A DNA stretch of 64,000 nt from Bacillus subtilis subsp. subtilis str. 168 (lineage in GTDB: Bacteria; Bacillota; Bacilli; Bacillales; Bacillaceae), in assembly GCF_000009045.1 (NCBI RefSeq), contig NC_000964.3, positions 2,852,001 through 2,916,000 on the forward strand, read 5' to 3'. Every line of letters starts with the position of its first letter. Within the stretch, counting starts at the first letter, position 1. Both the position numbers and the translations under genes were made by a program. This document shows positions 11,294 through 22,201 of this stretch, in pieces. Under the pieces are notes generated by a model. That model did no database searches, was not told the origin of the DNA, and was given only the letters and a program-made list of their open reading frames with translations.

Positions 11294-12292
11294 TTATTTT
11301 ACGACGGCTAACAGCTCCTGCTGAGCCTTCCACCCGGCTTCAGCACTTGGATCCTCTAATTCCTTTAAAGCCTGCAAAATCGCTTTTTTCTCTCCTGTTT
11401 CTGACGCTTTTGTTTCACCAAGCGACTTTTCTATTTTCTCTACACTCGCTTTTGTAATGTCTTCGTCGAGAATCGCCTTTGCTGCAAGCTCCGCTGTTTC
11501 CTTAAAAGAATCTGTCATATCTGACTCTATTGATAAGGAAAGCTCCTTGCCTCCCCAGGCTTCAAAATCACTGTCGATTAAAACCTGTCCTAACTGCTGT
11601 GAGACCTCCTTTTCACTTGCTAAGCCTGCAATAACATACGTATACCCGTCATCCTTTGACAGTGACACGGCGGAATATCCTTTTTCGGTCAATTGTTCTG
11701 TTAACGTTTCGGCGCCCTTTTCATTTGAAAATTTTCCGGCTTGCACAGCGTATGTTTTGTATGTACCTTCAGTTTGTGCCGCTTGTTTTTCTGCGCCTGA
11801 GGTTTGTTTATCAGCAGAAGTATCCCCTGCTTTTGCCGTTTGGCTGCCTAAAGAATCCTCTAAAGAGGCCGGTGCTGACGCTTCTTTATTCCCCGATATG
11901 TTTAACGCGAATAACCCTAATCCAGTGCCAATGACAGCCGCGAAGGCAATCGTCGCGGCCACTCTTTTTACCGGTTTGGCAGCCCCGGTCTTTCCTTTTG
12001 CGTAAAGCTTTGTTTTTTTCTTTTGAAAAGGAGGAACAACTTTAGGGTCCTCTTTAAACACCTTGTCCTCCTCGGAATCCCAATTGAATTCATCTTCATC
12101 AGGGTGTTCCTGGGATGCCGCAACCTCTTGTTCTGCCTGTCTTTTTTCCTCCCAATTTGAAAATGTCATGCTTTTATTCGCCTCTGTCTCAGGCGTCTCT
12201 TGTTCGTAAACCGTCTCTTCTTTTCCATTAATCGTCACCTTGAGGGCTTTTTCTGCGGCTTTACTGTTTTTTTTATTCTTTCTTTTTTTCAA
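11294..12292 (-). CDS. spoIIB: stage II sporulation protein B (TM plus SPOR-like domain)
   Basis: basic N-terminus, one TM (IAFAAVIGTGLGLFAL), YAVQAGKFS SPOR-like motif; TTG start. Confidence 0.93.
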   Translation of the reverse strand: MKKRKNKKNSKAAEKALKVTINGKEETVYEQETPETEANKSMTFSNWEEKRQAEQEVAASQEHPDEDEFNWDSEEDKVFKEDPKVVPPFQKKKTKLYAKGKTGAAKPVKRVAATIAFAAVIGTGLGLFALNISGNKEASAPASLEDSLGSQTAKAGDTSADKQTSGAEKQAAQTEGTYKTYAVQAGKFSNEKGAETLTEQLTEKGYSAVSLSKDDGYTYVIAGLASEKEVSQQLGQVLIDSDFEAWGGKELSLSIESDMTDSFKETAELAAKAILDEDITKASVEKIEKSLGETKASETGEKKAILQALKELEDPSAEAGWKAQQELLAVVK

Positions 12293-12425
12293 TTCCGCTT
12301 CCTCCCTTCATTTGCTTGACCGTTCTTGTCGGCTTTTCATGCTACACACTTTAGCACAGGCAAAGAAAAAAAGAACAAGACTTTTGTCGCCTTGTCCAAA
12401 AAACGTTCGTCAAATTTTTCAGCAG

Positions 12426-13172
12426 TCAGCCCAATGCCATTTTGATATAAAAAGAAATGATAGAGTCACCGTATAAATAGGCTAAAATGCTCCCTGCGGC
12501 TATAGCGGGGGCGAAGGGAAGCGGCTGCCTTTTAGCGAGTCTACCAGTCAGAACAGCTGCCGCTCCATATAATGCACCTATCAAAACTGAAAAGAAAAAG
12601 GCAGCTGCCAGCATTTTCACACCAAGCACAAAGCCAATCACCGCAAATAATTTAATATCTCCTCCCCCTACTCCCCCATGGGTGATTGCGGCAATTACAG
12701 CCAGAAACAAAAATCCGGCTGCCGCACCTAACAGGCCTGCATACCAGGAATCAAGCGGAGAAATCAATCTCGCGGCCGCCAAAAAGGGAAGAAAGAAAAT
12801 CAATATTCGATTTGGAATCAGCATAAAATGAATATCTGTCACTGCAACAATAATGAGAAGAGAGATAAACACCACAGCGGGAAACAGTTCCAGCGATATG
12901 CCAAAGCGTATTCCTGCGGCGGCAAATAAACACGCTGTCACAAGCTCTGCTGCGGGATACATAAAAGAAATCCTATGCCCGCAGCTTTTACATTTACCTT
13001 TTTGAAATAGGAATGACAGGATGGGAATTAATTCTGCAGGAGTTAATGTTCGCCGGCAAAACGGGCATGATGAACGGGGCGCAATAATAGATAGATGTAA
13101 GGGGATACGGCACCCGGCCGTATAGTAAAAAGAACCAAGGATAAGCCCGAAGATAAAAAGAATGGATAGCAT
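12426..13172 (-). CDS. comC: prepilin peptidase ComC
   Basis: PRSSCPFC...CKSC cysteine pairs, GVGGGDIK aspartate motif; start MLSILF at 13172. Confidence 0.96.
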   Translation of the reverse strand: MLSILFIFGLILGSFYYTAGCRIPLHLSIIAPRSSCPFCRRTLTPAELIPILSFLFQKGKCKSCGHRISFMYPAAELVTACLFAAAGIRFGISLELFPAVVFISLLIIVAVTDIHFMLIPNRILIFFLPFLAAARLISPLDSWYAGLLGAAAGFLFLAVIAAITHGGVGGGDIKLFAVIGFVLGVKMLAAAFFFSVLIGALYGAAAVLTGRLAKRQPLPFAPAIAAGSILAYLYGDSIISFYIKMALG

Positions 13173-13244
13173 AGACAACACACCTTTACTCATTGAGTTC
13201 TGGTATGGATTGTAGCAAAATGGACATCCTGAGCTCCAATTGGG

Positions 13245-13288
13245 AATATTCAATTTTACACATGAAAAAAACGGCAGAATCTTTTTTT
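13245..13288 (-). promoter_or_regulatory. ComK binding site (K-box pair, 18-bp spacer)
   Basis: minus AAAA-aaaga-TTCT-N18-AAAA-ttgaa-TATT upstream of -10 TACAAT (13209-13214). Confidence 0.7.
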
Positions 13289-13298
13289 GATTCTGCCG
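13265..13298 (-). terminator. terminator of valS-folC
   Basis: CGGCAGAATC-A7-GATTCTGCCG-T7. Confidence 0.9.
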
Positions 13299-13311
13299 GA
13301 GCCGGATGCTT

Positions 13312-14604
13312 TTATTTCAACCTTTTTCGAATGTCAGAAATAAAGTAAAGAGATCCGGTAATCAGCACAATTTCATTTGAGCCCTTTTTACTTTCTATGA
13401 ATTTGATTACATCGTCTGGATCTTCACTCCAGCTTTTATTGCTGATTTCACTTGCATCATAGAGATCTTTTGCAAGGGAAGCACGCGGGAAATCAAAAGA
13501 AGCAAAATGAATCGCATGAGCAATGGTTTCCAGTCTTTTAATCATGTTCTGATACGGTTTGTCCTTTAACGCGCTAAACACCACAGAAATGCGTGAATTG
13601 GCGAAACGCTGCTTCATCGTTTCCGCCAGCTTTTCAACACCTTCTTCGTTATGCGCACCGTCTAAATATACCGGAGGATGTTCCTGAACAAGCTCTAACC
13701 GTCCCGGCCAAGCAGCCTTCACAAGCCCGCTCCTTAACGCTTCGTCACTGATATGGGCGATATTCTCCTTATTGAGCCACTCCGCAGCCAAAATGGACAA
13801 AGCAGCATTTTGTCTTTGATGGGTGCCAATCAGAGATGTCCGAATATCTTCATAGCATTTCTCTTCCGTTTTGAATGAAAACTGTTCTCCTGCAGGCAGA
13901 GCCTCTTCATTGAAAATAACACATGCATCATGCAATGACTGGAACGGCGCAGCATGCCGTTCGGCTTCATGGCGGATGACCTGTAAAGCTTCCGGCTGGG
14001 TAACTGCTGTAACGATTGGAATACCTTCTTTAATAATGCCGGCCTTTTCTCCTGCAATTTCTTCAATGGTGTTTCCCAAAATGTTCATATGATCGTGTCC
14101 GATGCTTGTAATCACAGTTAAGAGCGGTTCAACCACATTAGTAGAATCGAATCTACCGCCCAGACCTGTTTCAAAAATAACAAAATCGACCTTATGAAAC
14201 TCTGCAAAATATAAAAATGCACAAGCTGTCATAATTTCAAATTCTGTCGGCTGTCCGTATTCCGTTTGATCAAGGGCTTCAACGTGCGGTTTCATTTGAT
14301 TGACGAGTGCTGTCCATTCCTCATCTGAAATCGGTATCCCGTTTACGCTGATCCGTTCATTAAACGTAATAATATAAGGCGATGTAAATGTTCCAACCGT
14401 ATATCCGGCTTCCTGCAGCATAGAACGGATAAAAGCGACAGTTGATCCTTTACCGTTTGTTCCTGCGACGTGGAACGCTCGGATTTTTTTTTCAGGATGT
14501 CCTAACCGCGCCATCAGCTGTTTCATTCGACCAAGTCCGGGCTTCACCCCGAATTTCAGCCTCCCGTGAATCCAGCTGCGCGCATCTTGATATGCAGTAA
14601 ACAA
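13312..14604 (-). CDS. folC: folylpolyglutamate synthase
   Basis: GTNGKGST, ETGLGGRFDSTN, WPGRLE, DGAHN; TTG start. Confidence 0.98.
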   Translation of the reverse strand: MFTAYQDARSWIHGRLKFGVKPGLGRMKQLMARLGHPEKKIRAFHVAGTNGKGSTVAFIRSMLQEAGYTVGTFTSPYIITFNERISVNGIPISDEEWTALVNQMKPHVEALDQTEYGQPTEFEIMTACAFLYFAEFHKVDFVIFETGLGGRFDSTNVVEPLLTVITSIGHDHMNILGNTIEEIAGEKAGIIKEGIPIVTAVTQPEALQVIRHEAERHAAPFQSLHDACVIFNEEALPAGEQFSFKTEEKCYEDIRTSLIGTHQRQNAALSILAAEWLNKENIAHISDEALRSGLVKAAWPGRLELVQEHPPVYLDGAHNEEGVEKLAETMKQRFANSRISVVFSALKDKPYQNMIKRLETIAHAIHFASFDFPRASLAKDLYDASEISNKSWSEDPDDVIKFIESKKGSNEIVLITGSLYFISDIRKRLK

Positions 14605-14663
14605 TGATAATCCCCTCTTTTATAAGACAAGGCGGTTTCTCTAGAAACCGCCCCGGCTTTTCA

Positions 14664-17306
14664 TTAACCCTTCAGCTCAGCCATTCGTTTTTGAACAGCG
14701 TCACGCTTCGCCACATAATCTTTTTCTTTTTCACGTTCTTCATCAATTACGTGTGCAGGCGCTTTTTTCATAAATCCTTCATTTCCAAGTTTCTTTTGGA
14801 CACGCTCAACTTCTTTTGTCAGTTTATCAAATTCTTTTTGCAGACGGGCAATTTCTTCATCAATATTGATTAAGCCTTCAAGCGGAAGAATAACCTCTGC
14901 TCCTGAGACAACGGCCGTCATCGCCTTATCAACAGCCTCAATATCGGTGCCGATTTTAAGCACGCTCGGATTCGTAAAGCGTTCAACATATGAACGGTTC
15001 GCTTCGAGGCGGGACGCTATTTCGTCTGTGCTTGTTTTAATGTACAGTTCAACCTGCTTGCTCATTGGCGTATTGACTTCACTGCGGATATTGCGCACAG
15101 AACGGATCAGCTCAACAAGAAGCTTCATGTCAGCTGCCGCTTCAGTATCGGTATGCTCCGGCACTACTGCAGGCCATTGACTTACTGTAATCGATTCCCC
15201 TTGGTGAGGAAGGTGCTGCCAAATTTCCTCCGTTAAGAATGGCATAAACGGATGGAGCAGACGCATCGTTTGATCAAGTACGTAAGCAAGGATGGAACGG
15301 GTAGTTTTCTTAGCCGCTTCGTCTTCTCCATAAAGCGGAAGCTTCGCCATTTCAATATACCAATCACAGAAATCATCCCAAATAAAGTTATATAAATGGC
15401 GTCCTACTTCACCAAATTCATATCGGTCAGCAAGCTGGGTCACGTGCTCGATCGTTTCATTTAATCGCGTTAAAATCCACTTGTCAGCGACTGACTTTTC
15501 ACCTGACAGATCAAGCTCATCGTACGTCATGCCATCCATATTCATTAATGCAAAACGGGAGGCGTTCCAAATTTTATTGGCAAAATTCCAGGTCGATTCC
15601 ACTTTTTCATAGCTGAAGCGCAGATCCTGGCCAGGAGAGCTTCCAGTCGCAAGGAAATAACGCAGAGAATCGGCTCCGTACTTGTCAATCACATCCATCG
15701 GGTCGACACCGTTGCCAAGAGATTTACTCATTTTCCGGCCTTGCTCGTCACGGATTAAGCCGTGGATTAAAACATCTTTGAACGGGCGCTCGCCTGTAAA
15801 TTCAATGCCTTGGAAAATCATGCGTGATACCCAGAAGAAAATGATATCGTACCCTGTCACGAGAACATCTGTCGGATAGTAGCGTTTAAAGTCTTCAGCC
15901 GTTACATCAGGCCAGCCCATTGTGGAGAAAGGCCATAGCGCAGAACTGAACCATGTATCCAGTACGTCTGTATCCTGTTCCCAATTTTCGCTGTCTTCCG
16001 GCGCTTCAAGTCCGACATATAGCTCGCCTGTTTCTTTATGATACCAGGCAGGAATACGATGGCCCCACCACAATTGACGGGAGATACACCAGTCGCGGAT
16101 ATTTTCCATCCAGTGTAAATACGTTTTTTCGAAACGGTCAGGCACAAAGTTGACCTTTTCTTCTTTTTTTTGCAGCTCAATCGCTGCATCAGCAAGCGGC
16201 TGCATGCGCACAAACCATTGTGTAGAAAGATAAGGCTCCACAACAGCCCCGCTTCGTTCACTATGGCCGACAGAGTGCATATGATCCTCGATCTTGAAGA
16301 GAACTCCCGCCTCCTGTAAATCTTTCACGAGCTTTTTGCGGCATTCAAAACGATCCATACCTTGATATTGGAGCGCATTTTCATTCATCGTGCCATCTTC
16401 ATTCATGACAAGGATGCGTTCTAAATTGTGGCGGTTGCCAAGCTCGAAGTCGTTCGGATCATGAGCAGGCGTAATTTTCACGGCACCTGAACCAAATTCC
16501 ATATCAACATAGTCATCACCGACAATCGGAATTTCACGATTTACAATCGGCAGGATCACCGTTTTTCCGATAAGGTGTTTATAGCGCTCGTCTTCAGGGT
16601 GAACGGCAACAGCTGTATCACCGAGCATTGTTTCAGGACGTGTCGTCGCAATTTCAATTGAGCCTGAACCGTCAGCAAGCGGATAGCTCATATGATAGAA
16701 TGCGCCTTGAACATCCTTGTAAATCACCTCAATGTCGGATAGGGCTGTTTTTGTCGCTGGGTCCCAGTTAATAATATATTCGCCTCTGTAGATCAGGCCT
16801 TTTTCATAAAGCTTAACGAATACTTCCCTTACCGCTTTGCTCAAGCCTTCATCCAGCGTAAAACGTTCACGGGAATAATCTAGGCCAAGACCTAATTTCG
16901 CCCACTGGCTGCGAATAAAGTCAGCATATTCTTCCTTCCACTTCCACGTTTCTTCGAGGAATTTTTCACGGCCTAAATCGTAGCGGGATTTGCCTTCTTC
17001 ACGAAGTTTCGCCTCCACTTTAGCCTGTGTCGCGATGCCGGCGTGGTCCATGCCAGGAAGCCACAGCACATCATAGCCCTGCATGCGTTTCATTCTTGTT
17101 ACAATGTCTTGCAGCGTTGTGTCCCATGCGTGGCCAAGGTGAAGTCTCCCTGTTACGTTTGGCGGCGGGATGACAACAGAGTATGGCTCTTTTGTCTGGT
17201 CACTGCCCGCTTCAAAAAATTTGCCTTTTAGCCAAAAATCATATCGGTCTTTTTCAACCGCTGCCGGATCATATTTCGTCGGCATTGTTTGTTCATTCGT
17301 TTCCAT
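14664..17306 (-). CDS. valS: valyl-tRNA synthetase
   Basis: [13 protein letters not shown] (HIGH), KMSKS, C-terminal coiled coil; second ATG (17306) fits SD spacing. Confidence 0.99.
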   Translation of the reverse strand: METNEQTMPTKYDPAAVEKDRYDFWLKGKFFEAGSDQTKEPYSVVIPPPNVTGRLHLGHAWDTTLQDIVTRMKRMQGYDVLWLPGMDHAGIATQAKVEAKLREEGKSRYDLGREKFLEETWKWKEEYADFIRSQWAKLGLGLDYSRERFTLDEGLSKAVREVFVKLYEKGLIYRGEYIINWDPATKTALSDIEVIYKDVQGAFYHMSYPLADGSGSIEIATTRPETMLGDTAVAVHPEDERYKHLIGKTVILPIVNREIPIVGDDYVDMEFGSGAVKITPAHDPNDFELGNRHNLERILVMNEDGTMNENALQYQGMDRFECRKKLVKDLQEAGVLFKIEDHMHSVGHSERSGAVVEPYLSTQWFVRMQPLADAAIELQKKEEKVNFVPDRFEKTYLHWMENIRDWCISRQLWWGHRIPAWYHKETGELYVGLEAPEDSENWEQDTDVLDTWFSSALWPFSTMGWPDVTAEDFKRYYPTDVLVTGYDIIFFWVSRMIFQGIEFTGERPFKDVLIHGLIRDEQGRKMSKSLGNGVDPMDVIDKYGADSLRYFLATGSSPGQDLRFSYEKVESTWNFANKIWNASRFALMNMDGMTYDELDLSGEKSVADKWILTRLNETIEHVTQLADRYEFGEVGRHLYNFIWDDFCDWYIEMAKLPLYGEDEAAKKTTRSILAYVLDQTMRLLHPFMPFLTEEIWQHLPHQGESITVSQWPAVVPEHTDTEAAADMKLLVELIRSVRNIRSEVNTPMSKQVELYIKTSTDEIASRLEANRSYVERFTNPSVLKIGTDIEAVDKAMTAVVSGAEVILPLEGLINIDEEIARLQKEFDKLTKEVERVQKKLGNEGFMKKAPAHVIDEEREKEKDYVAKRDAVQKRMAELKG

Positions 17307-17343
17307 CATAACCCTCCAGCATGTTTAAAAATGGCTGAGAACG

Positions 17344-17618
17344 AAAAAAGAGCTCTTCATCCCTGTAAAAGGACGAAAAGCTCTTTCGCGGTACCACCTT
17401 TTTTCATGAACTCAATCAGTTCATGCACTTATAACGGATAACGGGTGTTTCCCGAATTTCTCTACTCTTCTTTCAAGAAATTATGCTCCCGGGCGACCTT
17501 CCAATCAGACAACATAAGAAGCCTTTCAGCAAACGGCTTCTCTCTCTGCATGCGCCTTTTTTGTACTCTTCCCGTTCTAAGCAGGTGTATTTATCAGCTC
17601 ATTGTATACATTATTTAT
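17344..17618 (-). ncRNA. T-box riboswitch (Val)
   Basis: AG box CAGAGAG, GCTGAAA loop, specifier GUA (17463-17465), T-box AAAGGTGGTACCGCG (17387-17401), terminator with U tract. Confidence 0.93.
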
Positions 17619-17625
17619 GTTCTTT

Positions 17626-17655
17626 ATTATAGTAAAAGTGTTTTTGATTCGTCAA
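17626..17655 (-). promoter_or_regulatory. sigmaA promoter of valS
   Basis: TTGACG-N18-TATAAT. Confidence 0.8.
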
Positions 17656-17753
17656 TCATCTTTTCCAAAAACACCGCTTTCTATACAGATGGGCAGGCAC
17701 CTATTGCCCAAGTTTACATATGATGCTTGTAAATGCGTAGAGGAGGATGCACC

Positions 17754-17945
17754 GTGAAGAAACGTTTCAGCTCTTATTCGCTGCCGCCATGGGTAAGGCA
17801 AATTCGGCTTGTATCCGCACAAGTGATTATTCCCATTACGATTTTTCAAGGAATCAGAACCATTTTCTTTCCGACAACCTTTGATGTTTTGCTGCTCGCA
17901 ATCCTAATCTTTTTAGCTTGCGCCCTTCATTTAGAATGGATATAA
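17754..17945 (+). CDS. yszA: small membrane protein (63 aa), unknown function
   Basis: strong SD GAGGAGG, GTG start; MKKRFSSYSLPPWVRQ..., two hydrophobic segments. Confidence 0.8.
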   Translation: MKKRFSSYSLPPWVRQIRLVSAQVIIPITIFQGIRTIFFPTTFDVLLLAILIFLACALHLEWI

Positions 17946-17963
17946 ACAAACAAGTCCGCGCCA

Positions 17964-18989
17964 TTAAGACGTGGACTCGTTTTCAGCCTGAAATTTTTTC
18001 TCTTGTTCAATCTGATGAATTTTCATCACAAACGGCTCTATGTTTTTCATTTGCCAATAAGCCTTTAATAATTGTGTACATTCCTCTTTTTCATGCTGTC
18101 TTTTCCCAGTTTGATAACCGTTCAGCACCTTGTACATGGCTGCCGGATATGCCATATAGCTGAGAAAAAGGCTGACTTCCGCTTCACGCAAAGGGAATGA
18201 TTTCGTATATCCATAAAACCATTCGACGCATTCCGGACAAGCTTTCGGAAAGCCTCTGAACATTTTTGTATAAAAGCCGAGCAGGTCGTTTTGCGGCGGA
18301 CCGACAGATGCTCTTTCGAAGTTTGTAAAATATCCGGTCCCGGCATCATTATACAGAAAATGGTGTATAGACAGGCTGCCGTGGTTCATTACAACCCTTG
18401 AAACGTCCTTTTCCTTTGCGGACTCATACCAGTCCTCCAGCCGTTCCAGCGCAAAGTTCACCGCGGAAATGGTTTCAGAAAAATAGGTTATGGCCTGGAG
18501 TTCAAAGGGAGAAAGGTACCATTCCTTCTCCGCTCTATCCACAAACTGCTCATAGAAAATTTTATCTTGTTCCCACTTTTTTTTCGTTTGCCCGTAATAA
18601 CGTTCAATCTCATCACGTCTAACCTTTAGTTCCTGCGCGGTTCTCTCGTGAAGACGGGCTGTTTCTCTAAATAAATAAGCATGTTTTTGATCCCGTTCTT
18701 CCTCTTGGTCAAATTGGAGCCAAGGCATTAAATAGTAGATATCTCCGTATTGTATGCCTGCTGAGAAAAACTCACCGCTATTTGTTCTGTAAACGGGAAC
18801 GAATGAACGAAAGCCTTTTTCCTCAATCGCCACCATATGATCTGTAAAATGCTTGCCGCGACCTTCTTTCAATTTTTTCAGGGCAAATATGCCGTAGTCT
18901 GTATACACTTTCCAAACAAGAGGACTGACAGGCTCAATAAATTGAGCAGTCAGTCCGTATTCCTGAAGAACCGATTGGGTATCTTCCAT
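17964..18989 (-). CDS. ysxE: spore coat protein, CotS/choline-kinase-like fold
   Basis: kinase-like N-lobe (VWKVYT..FALKK), degenerate Brenner motif [11 protein letters not shown]...NFE; downstream of spoVID. Confidence 0.88.
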
Positions 18990-19021
18990 TTCATTCACCA
19001 CATTTTCCGATCACTTACGGT

Positions 19022-20749
19022 TTACGCATGGCTATTTTTATATTGAGGAATATAGAGAATCTGTCCTGCTTTTAATTCATCATCCAAGGCTAAAGAATTC
19101 ATCCTGATCAGCTGCTGGGATGTAATTTCATACCGTTCGCATAAACGCTCGATCGTATCTTCCTGCTGCACAATACAAATTTTCATTCTCGAAAACTCAT
19201 CCGCTTCTTTTGTAAAGAGTTTTGTTAAATAAAGAGAATTATCACTTTCCTTTGTTTGAGGTTCCTTCGTTTCAGCAGCAGGAGCAACCCTAGGAACAGC
19301 ATCCGTTTCCTTCCTTTCAGTCTCAGAAGATTCAGGCAGCTGGAAGGATTGAAAAGGTGTTTCTTCCTTAGGCTCTTCAGCTGATGGTGTTTTTCTCACT
19401 TCAATTTCGAAGCTCTCTTCCTCTTGTTCTTCCTCCTCCAGCAGCTTAGGCGCTGAATAAAAAGAATCCTCCTCTTCTTGTTCAGGCAGGAAGGTACGGT
19501 ATGCCGGTTCAGGCAATTCTTCTTGAGATGCCTCCTCCGAGCTTGTTTTTTGATTGAAATGGAAATGTAAATCGGCATTGTCATTCTCCATATATACAGC
19601 TGAAGCTGTTTCTCTGCTATCTTCTATGGAGAGAGCGGCCTCTGATACACTCTCCAAAGCTTCATCCGGTTCCGCCTCTTCTTGGCAAAGCGCAGGATCA
19701 GCCTGATCCGATTGAGCTGCTTCTTCATTTTGAGCCTCTTGGCGCAGCGCATATTCATGATTAGGAGACACTGTTGTTTCCTCTTTTTCCTTTGCAATCA
19801 CAGTCTCTGAATGAAGCTCAGCTTCCAAAGCAGGCGATTCTTCTGCTCCAACGTGTTCACGAAGCTCAGTCTCCGCTGGAGAGTCTGCTTCTTCACGAAC
19901 ATCCGCTATTGCAGCTGCCGGCTCTGCCGTTTCTTTTTTTGCTTTAACGATCTCTTGAATCTCTATTTCTGAAGGATCAGGTTCTGGCTCAGATTCTTCT
20001 GTTTCCGATTCAGCACGAACCTCCGTTTCCGGCACAGCAAGCTCTTCTGACTCTTCTTCCTCTTTCACATCTTCTCTGGCCTCTGGTTCTGAAGCAACCG
20101 ATTCAGGCGGCTCAGATTCTGCTTTTTCTGTCTCCAGTTCTTCACGGAGCCCCGCTTTCGAGATAAAAAGTTCTGGCGGTTCGGCTGGCGGTTCATGCTG
20201 AAGAACTGCTTCCTCTGCCGATGATGCACCCGGTTCTTCTACTACACTATGTGCCGGCGGCTCTGAAAGCTCTTCCTCCCTGAATGCCGCAGGAGCTTCA
20301 TATAAAGGTATCTCCGGCTCTTTGTCTTGCGTATCGTCCAAAAGCCCTTCGATCGCTAAATCAGCTTGAATTGTTAAAATGCGCGAATCCGTCAATTGAT
20401 AGTCAAATGCGTCAATAAAGACGAAGACATCCTGTAAATGGCTCACTTTATTTTTCGGAATGGTAATATCCACAGGAAAACAGTGAGTCAGTTCCGCACT
20501 TCCATCCTCTCTCTTTCTGACTTGTTCAACAAACCGCTTATCTGTATAAATCTCTTCGGTATGTTTGTTTTGATCTATGTTGTACTCACCTGTAAGTTCA
20601 AGCGATCCTATGATTGATACATAATCATTTACTTCCTGAACCCTAATATCAGGATCTAATGAAATAGAAAGCAGTTCAGAAACTTCCTGTCCTTTTTGGA
20701 AACAGATCGATTCTTCTACAGAAAATTGCAATCGATGATTTTGCGGCAA
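19022..20749 (-). CDS. spoVID: spore coat morphogenetic protein SpoVID
   Basis: N-terminal coat domain, long Glu-rich linker, C-terminal LysM (IVQQEDTIERLCERY); TTG start fits SD AGGAGG. Confidence 0.96.
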   Translation of the reverse strand: MPQNHRLQFSVEESICFQKGQEVSELLSISLDPDIRVQEVNDYVSIIGSLELTGEYNIDQNKHTEEIYTDKRFVEQVRKREDGSAELTHCFPVDITIPKNKVSHLQDVFVFIDAFDYQLTDSRILTIQADLAIEGLLDDTQDKEPEIPLYEAPAAFREEELSEPPAHSVVEEPGASSAEEAVLQHEPPAEPPELFISKAGLREELETEKAESEPPESVASEPEAREDVKEEEESEELAVPETEVRAESETEESEPEPDPSEIEIQEIVKAKKETAEPAAAIADVREEADSPAETELREHVGAEESPALEAELHSETVIAKEKEETTVSPNHEYALRQEAQNEEAAQSDQADPALCQEEAEPDEALESVSEAALSIEDSRETASAVYMENDNADLHFHFNQKTSSEEASQEELPEPAYRTFLPEQEEEDSFYSAPKLLEEEEQEEESFEIEVRKTPSAEEPKEETPFQSFQLPESSETERKETDAVPRVAPAAETKEPQTKESDNSLYLTKLFTKEADEFSRMKICIVQQEDTIERLCERYEITSQQLIRMNSLALDDELKAGQILYIPQYKNSHA

Positions 20750-20796
20750 GTTCATATCCTCCTTTCATCTAATCCTTAAAATTAGATGTCACTAAA

Positions 20797-20825
20797 GGTG
20801 TATGTATGAACTGGAGAAAATATGA
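20797..20825 (-). promoter_or_regulatory. sigmaE promoter of spoVID-ysxE
   Basis: TCATATT-N14-CATACACC. Confidence 0.75.
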
Positions 20826-20838
20826 GTGGGAGAGCACG

Positions 20839-20874
20839 AAAAAACCGGCACAAGGAGTCCTTGATACCGGTTTT
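20839..20874 (-). terminator. terminator of hem operon
   Basis: AAAACCGGTATCAAGG-actc-CTTGTGCCGG-T6. Confidence 0.8.
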
Positions 20875-20879
20875 CACTC

Positions 20880-22172
20880 TTATCTGCGGCTGATCTCAGC
20901 AAATACTTTCTCAGCTGCCTGGATTGTGTTTTCAATATCTTCATCAGTATGGGCCGTTGAGAGGAAAAGACCTTCGAATTGTGATGGCGGAAGGAATACC
21001 CCTTCATTTGCCATCCCTTTATAATAGCTTGCGAACAGCTTCAAATCAGATGATTTCGCTGTTTCATAATTGATGACTGGTTCGTTTGTAAAGAAGAAAC
21101 CGATCATCGAACCTGCACGGTTAAAGGTATGCGGAATGCCATGAGCCCCGGCGGTTTTTGAAATTCCTTCTTCCAGTCTGTCGCCTTTTTTGATGAAATT
21201 CTTGTAGGATTCAGGTGTCAGCTGTTTCAATGTCTCTAAGCCAGCCGTCATCGCAAGCGGGTTGCCTGACAATGTACCAGCTTGATAGATCGGACCGCTT
21301 GGAGCGATCTGCTCCATGATTTCTGCCTTTCCGCCATAAGCGCCGACAGGAAGTCCGCCCCCGATTACTTTTCCTAAACAAGTCAGATCAGGCGTTACGC
21401 CGAAGTAGCCTTGAGCGCAGTTATAATCGACCCGGAAGCCAGTCATCACTTCATCAAAAATCAGCAGGGAGCCGTACTGCTCAGTGATATCACGCAGACC
21501 CTGAAGGAAACCTTCTTGCGGCGGAACAACACCCATATTTCCGGCAACTGGCTCTACAATGACTCCCGCAATGTCTTCACCGAATTGCTGGAAAGCAAGC
21601 TTTACACTTTCTAAATCATTGTACGGAACGGTGATGGTGTTTTTCGCAATGCCTTCAGGCACCCCCGGGCTGTCAGGCAGACCGAGAGTGGCAACACCTG
21701 AACCAGCTTTAATCAAGAGAGAATCGCCGTGTCCGTGGTAGCAGCCCTCAAATTTTAAAATCTTGTTGCGGCCCGTATAGCCCCTTGCCAAACGGAGGGC
21801 ACTCATTGTAGCCTCTGTTCCGGAGCTTACCATTCGTACAATTTCTACAGATGGCACACGATCAATGACGAGCTTAGCCAGTTCATTTTCTACTTCAGTC
21901 GGAGCACCAAAGCTTGTCCCGTATTCAGCCACTTTTTTGAGGCTTTCTACGACGCGGTCATTTGTATGCCCTAAAATTAAAGGCCCCCATGACAAGACGT
22001 AGTCAATATATTCATTCCCGTCAATATCAAAGATTTTCGAGCCTTTTCCGCGCTCCATAAAAATCGGGTCCATGTCTACCGATTTAAATGCGCGAACGGG
22101 ACTGTTCACACCGCCCGGCATGAGTTTTTGCGCTTCTTTAAAAGCCGTTTTTGATTTTTCATAGCTTCTCAT
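20880..22172 (-). CDS. hemL: glutamate-1-semialdehyde aminotransferase
   Basis: [31 protein letters not shown] lysine. Confidence 0.99.
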
Positions 22173-22201
22173 CTGCCTCAACTCCTGTCAACTGAATAAA
22201 A

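Noticed and set aside
11457-12005. Long + strand ORFs antisense to real genes (e.g. 11457-12005, 31493-32002, 32731-33345, 37831-38304, 48404-48877)
   Set aside because: They lie fully opposite well-supported genes, have no SD or recognisable domains, and show the Ser/Phe-rich composition expected of antisense shadows
19300-20300. Glu/Pro/Ala-rich middle of spoVID looking like a repeat array
   Set aside because: Low-complexity linker without an exact periodic DNA repeat; not CRISPR or VNTR-like
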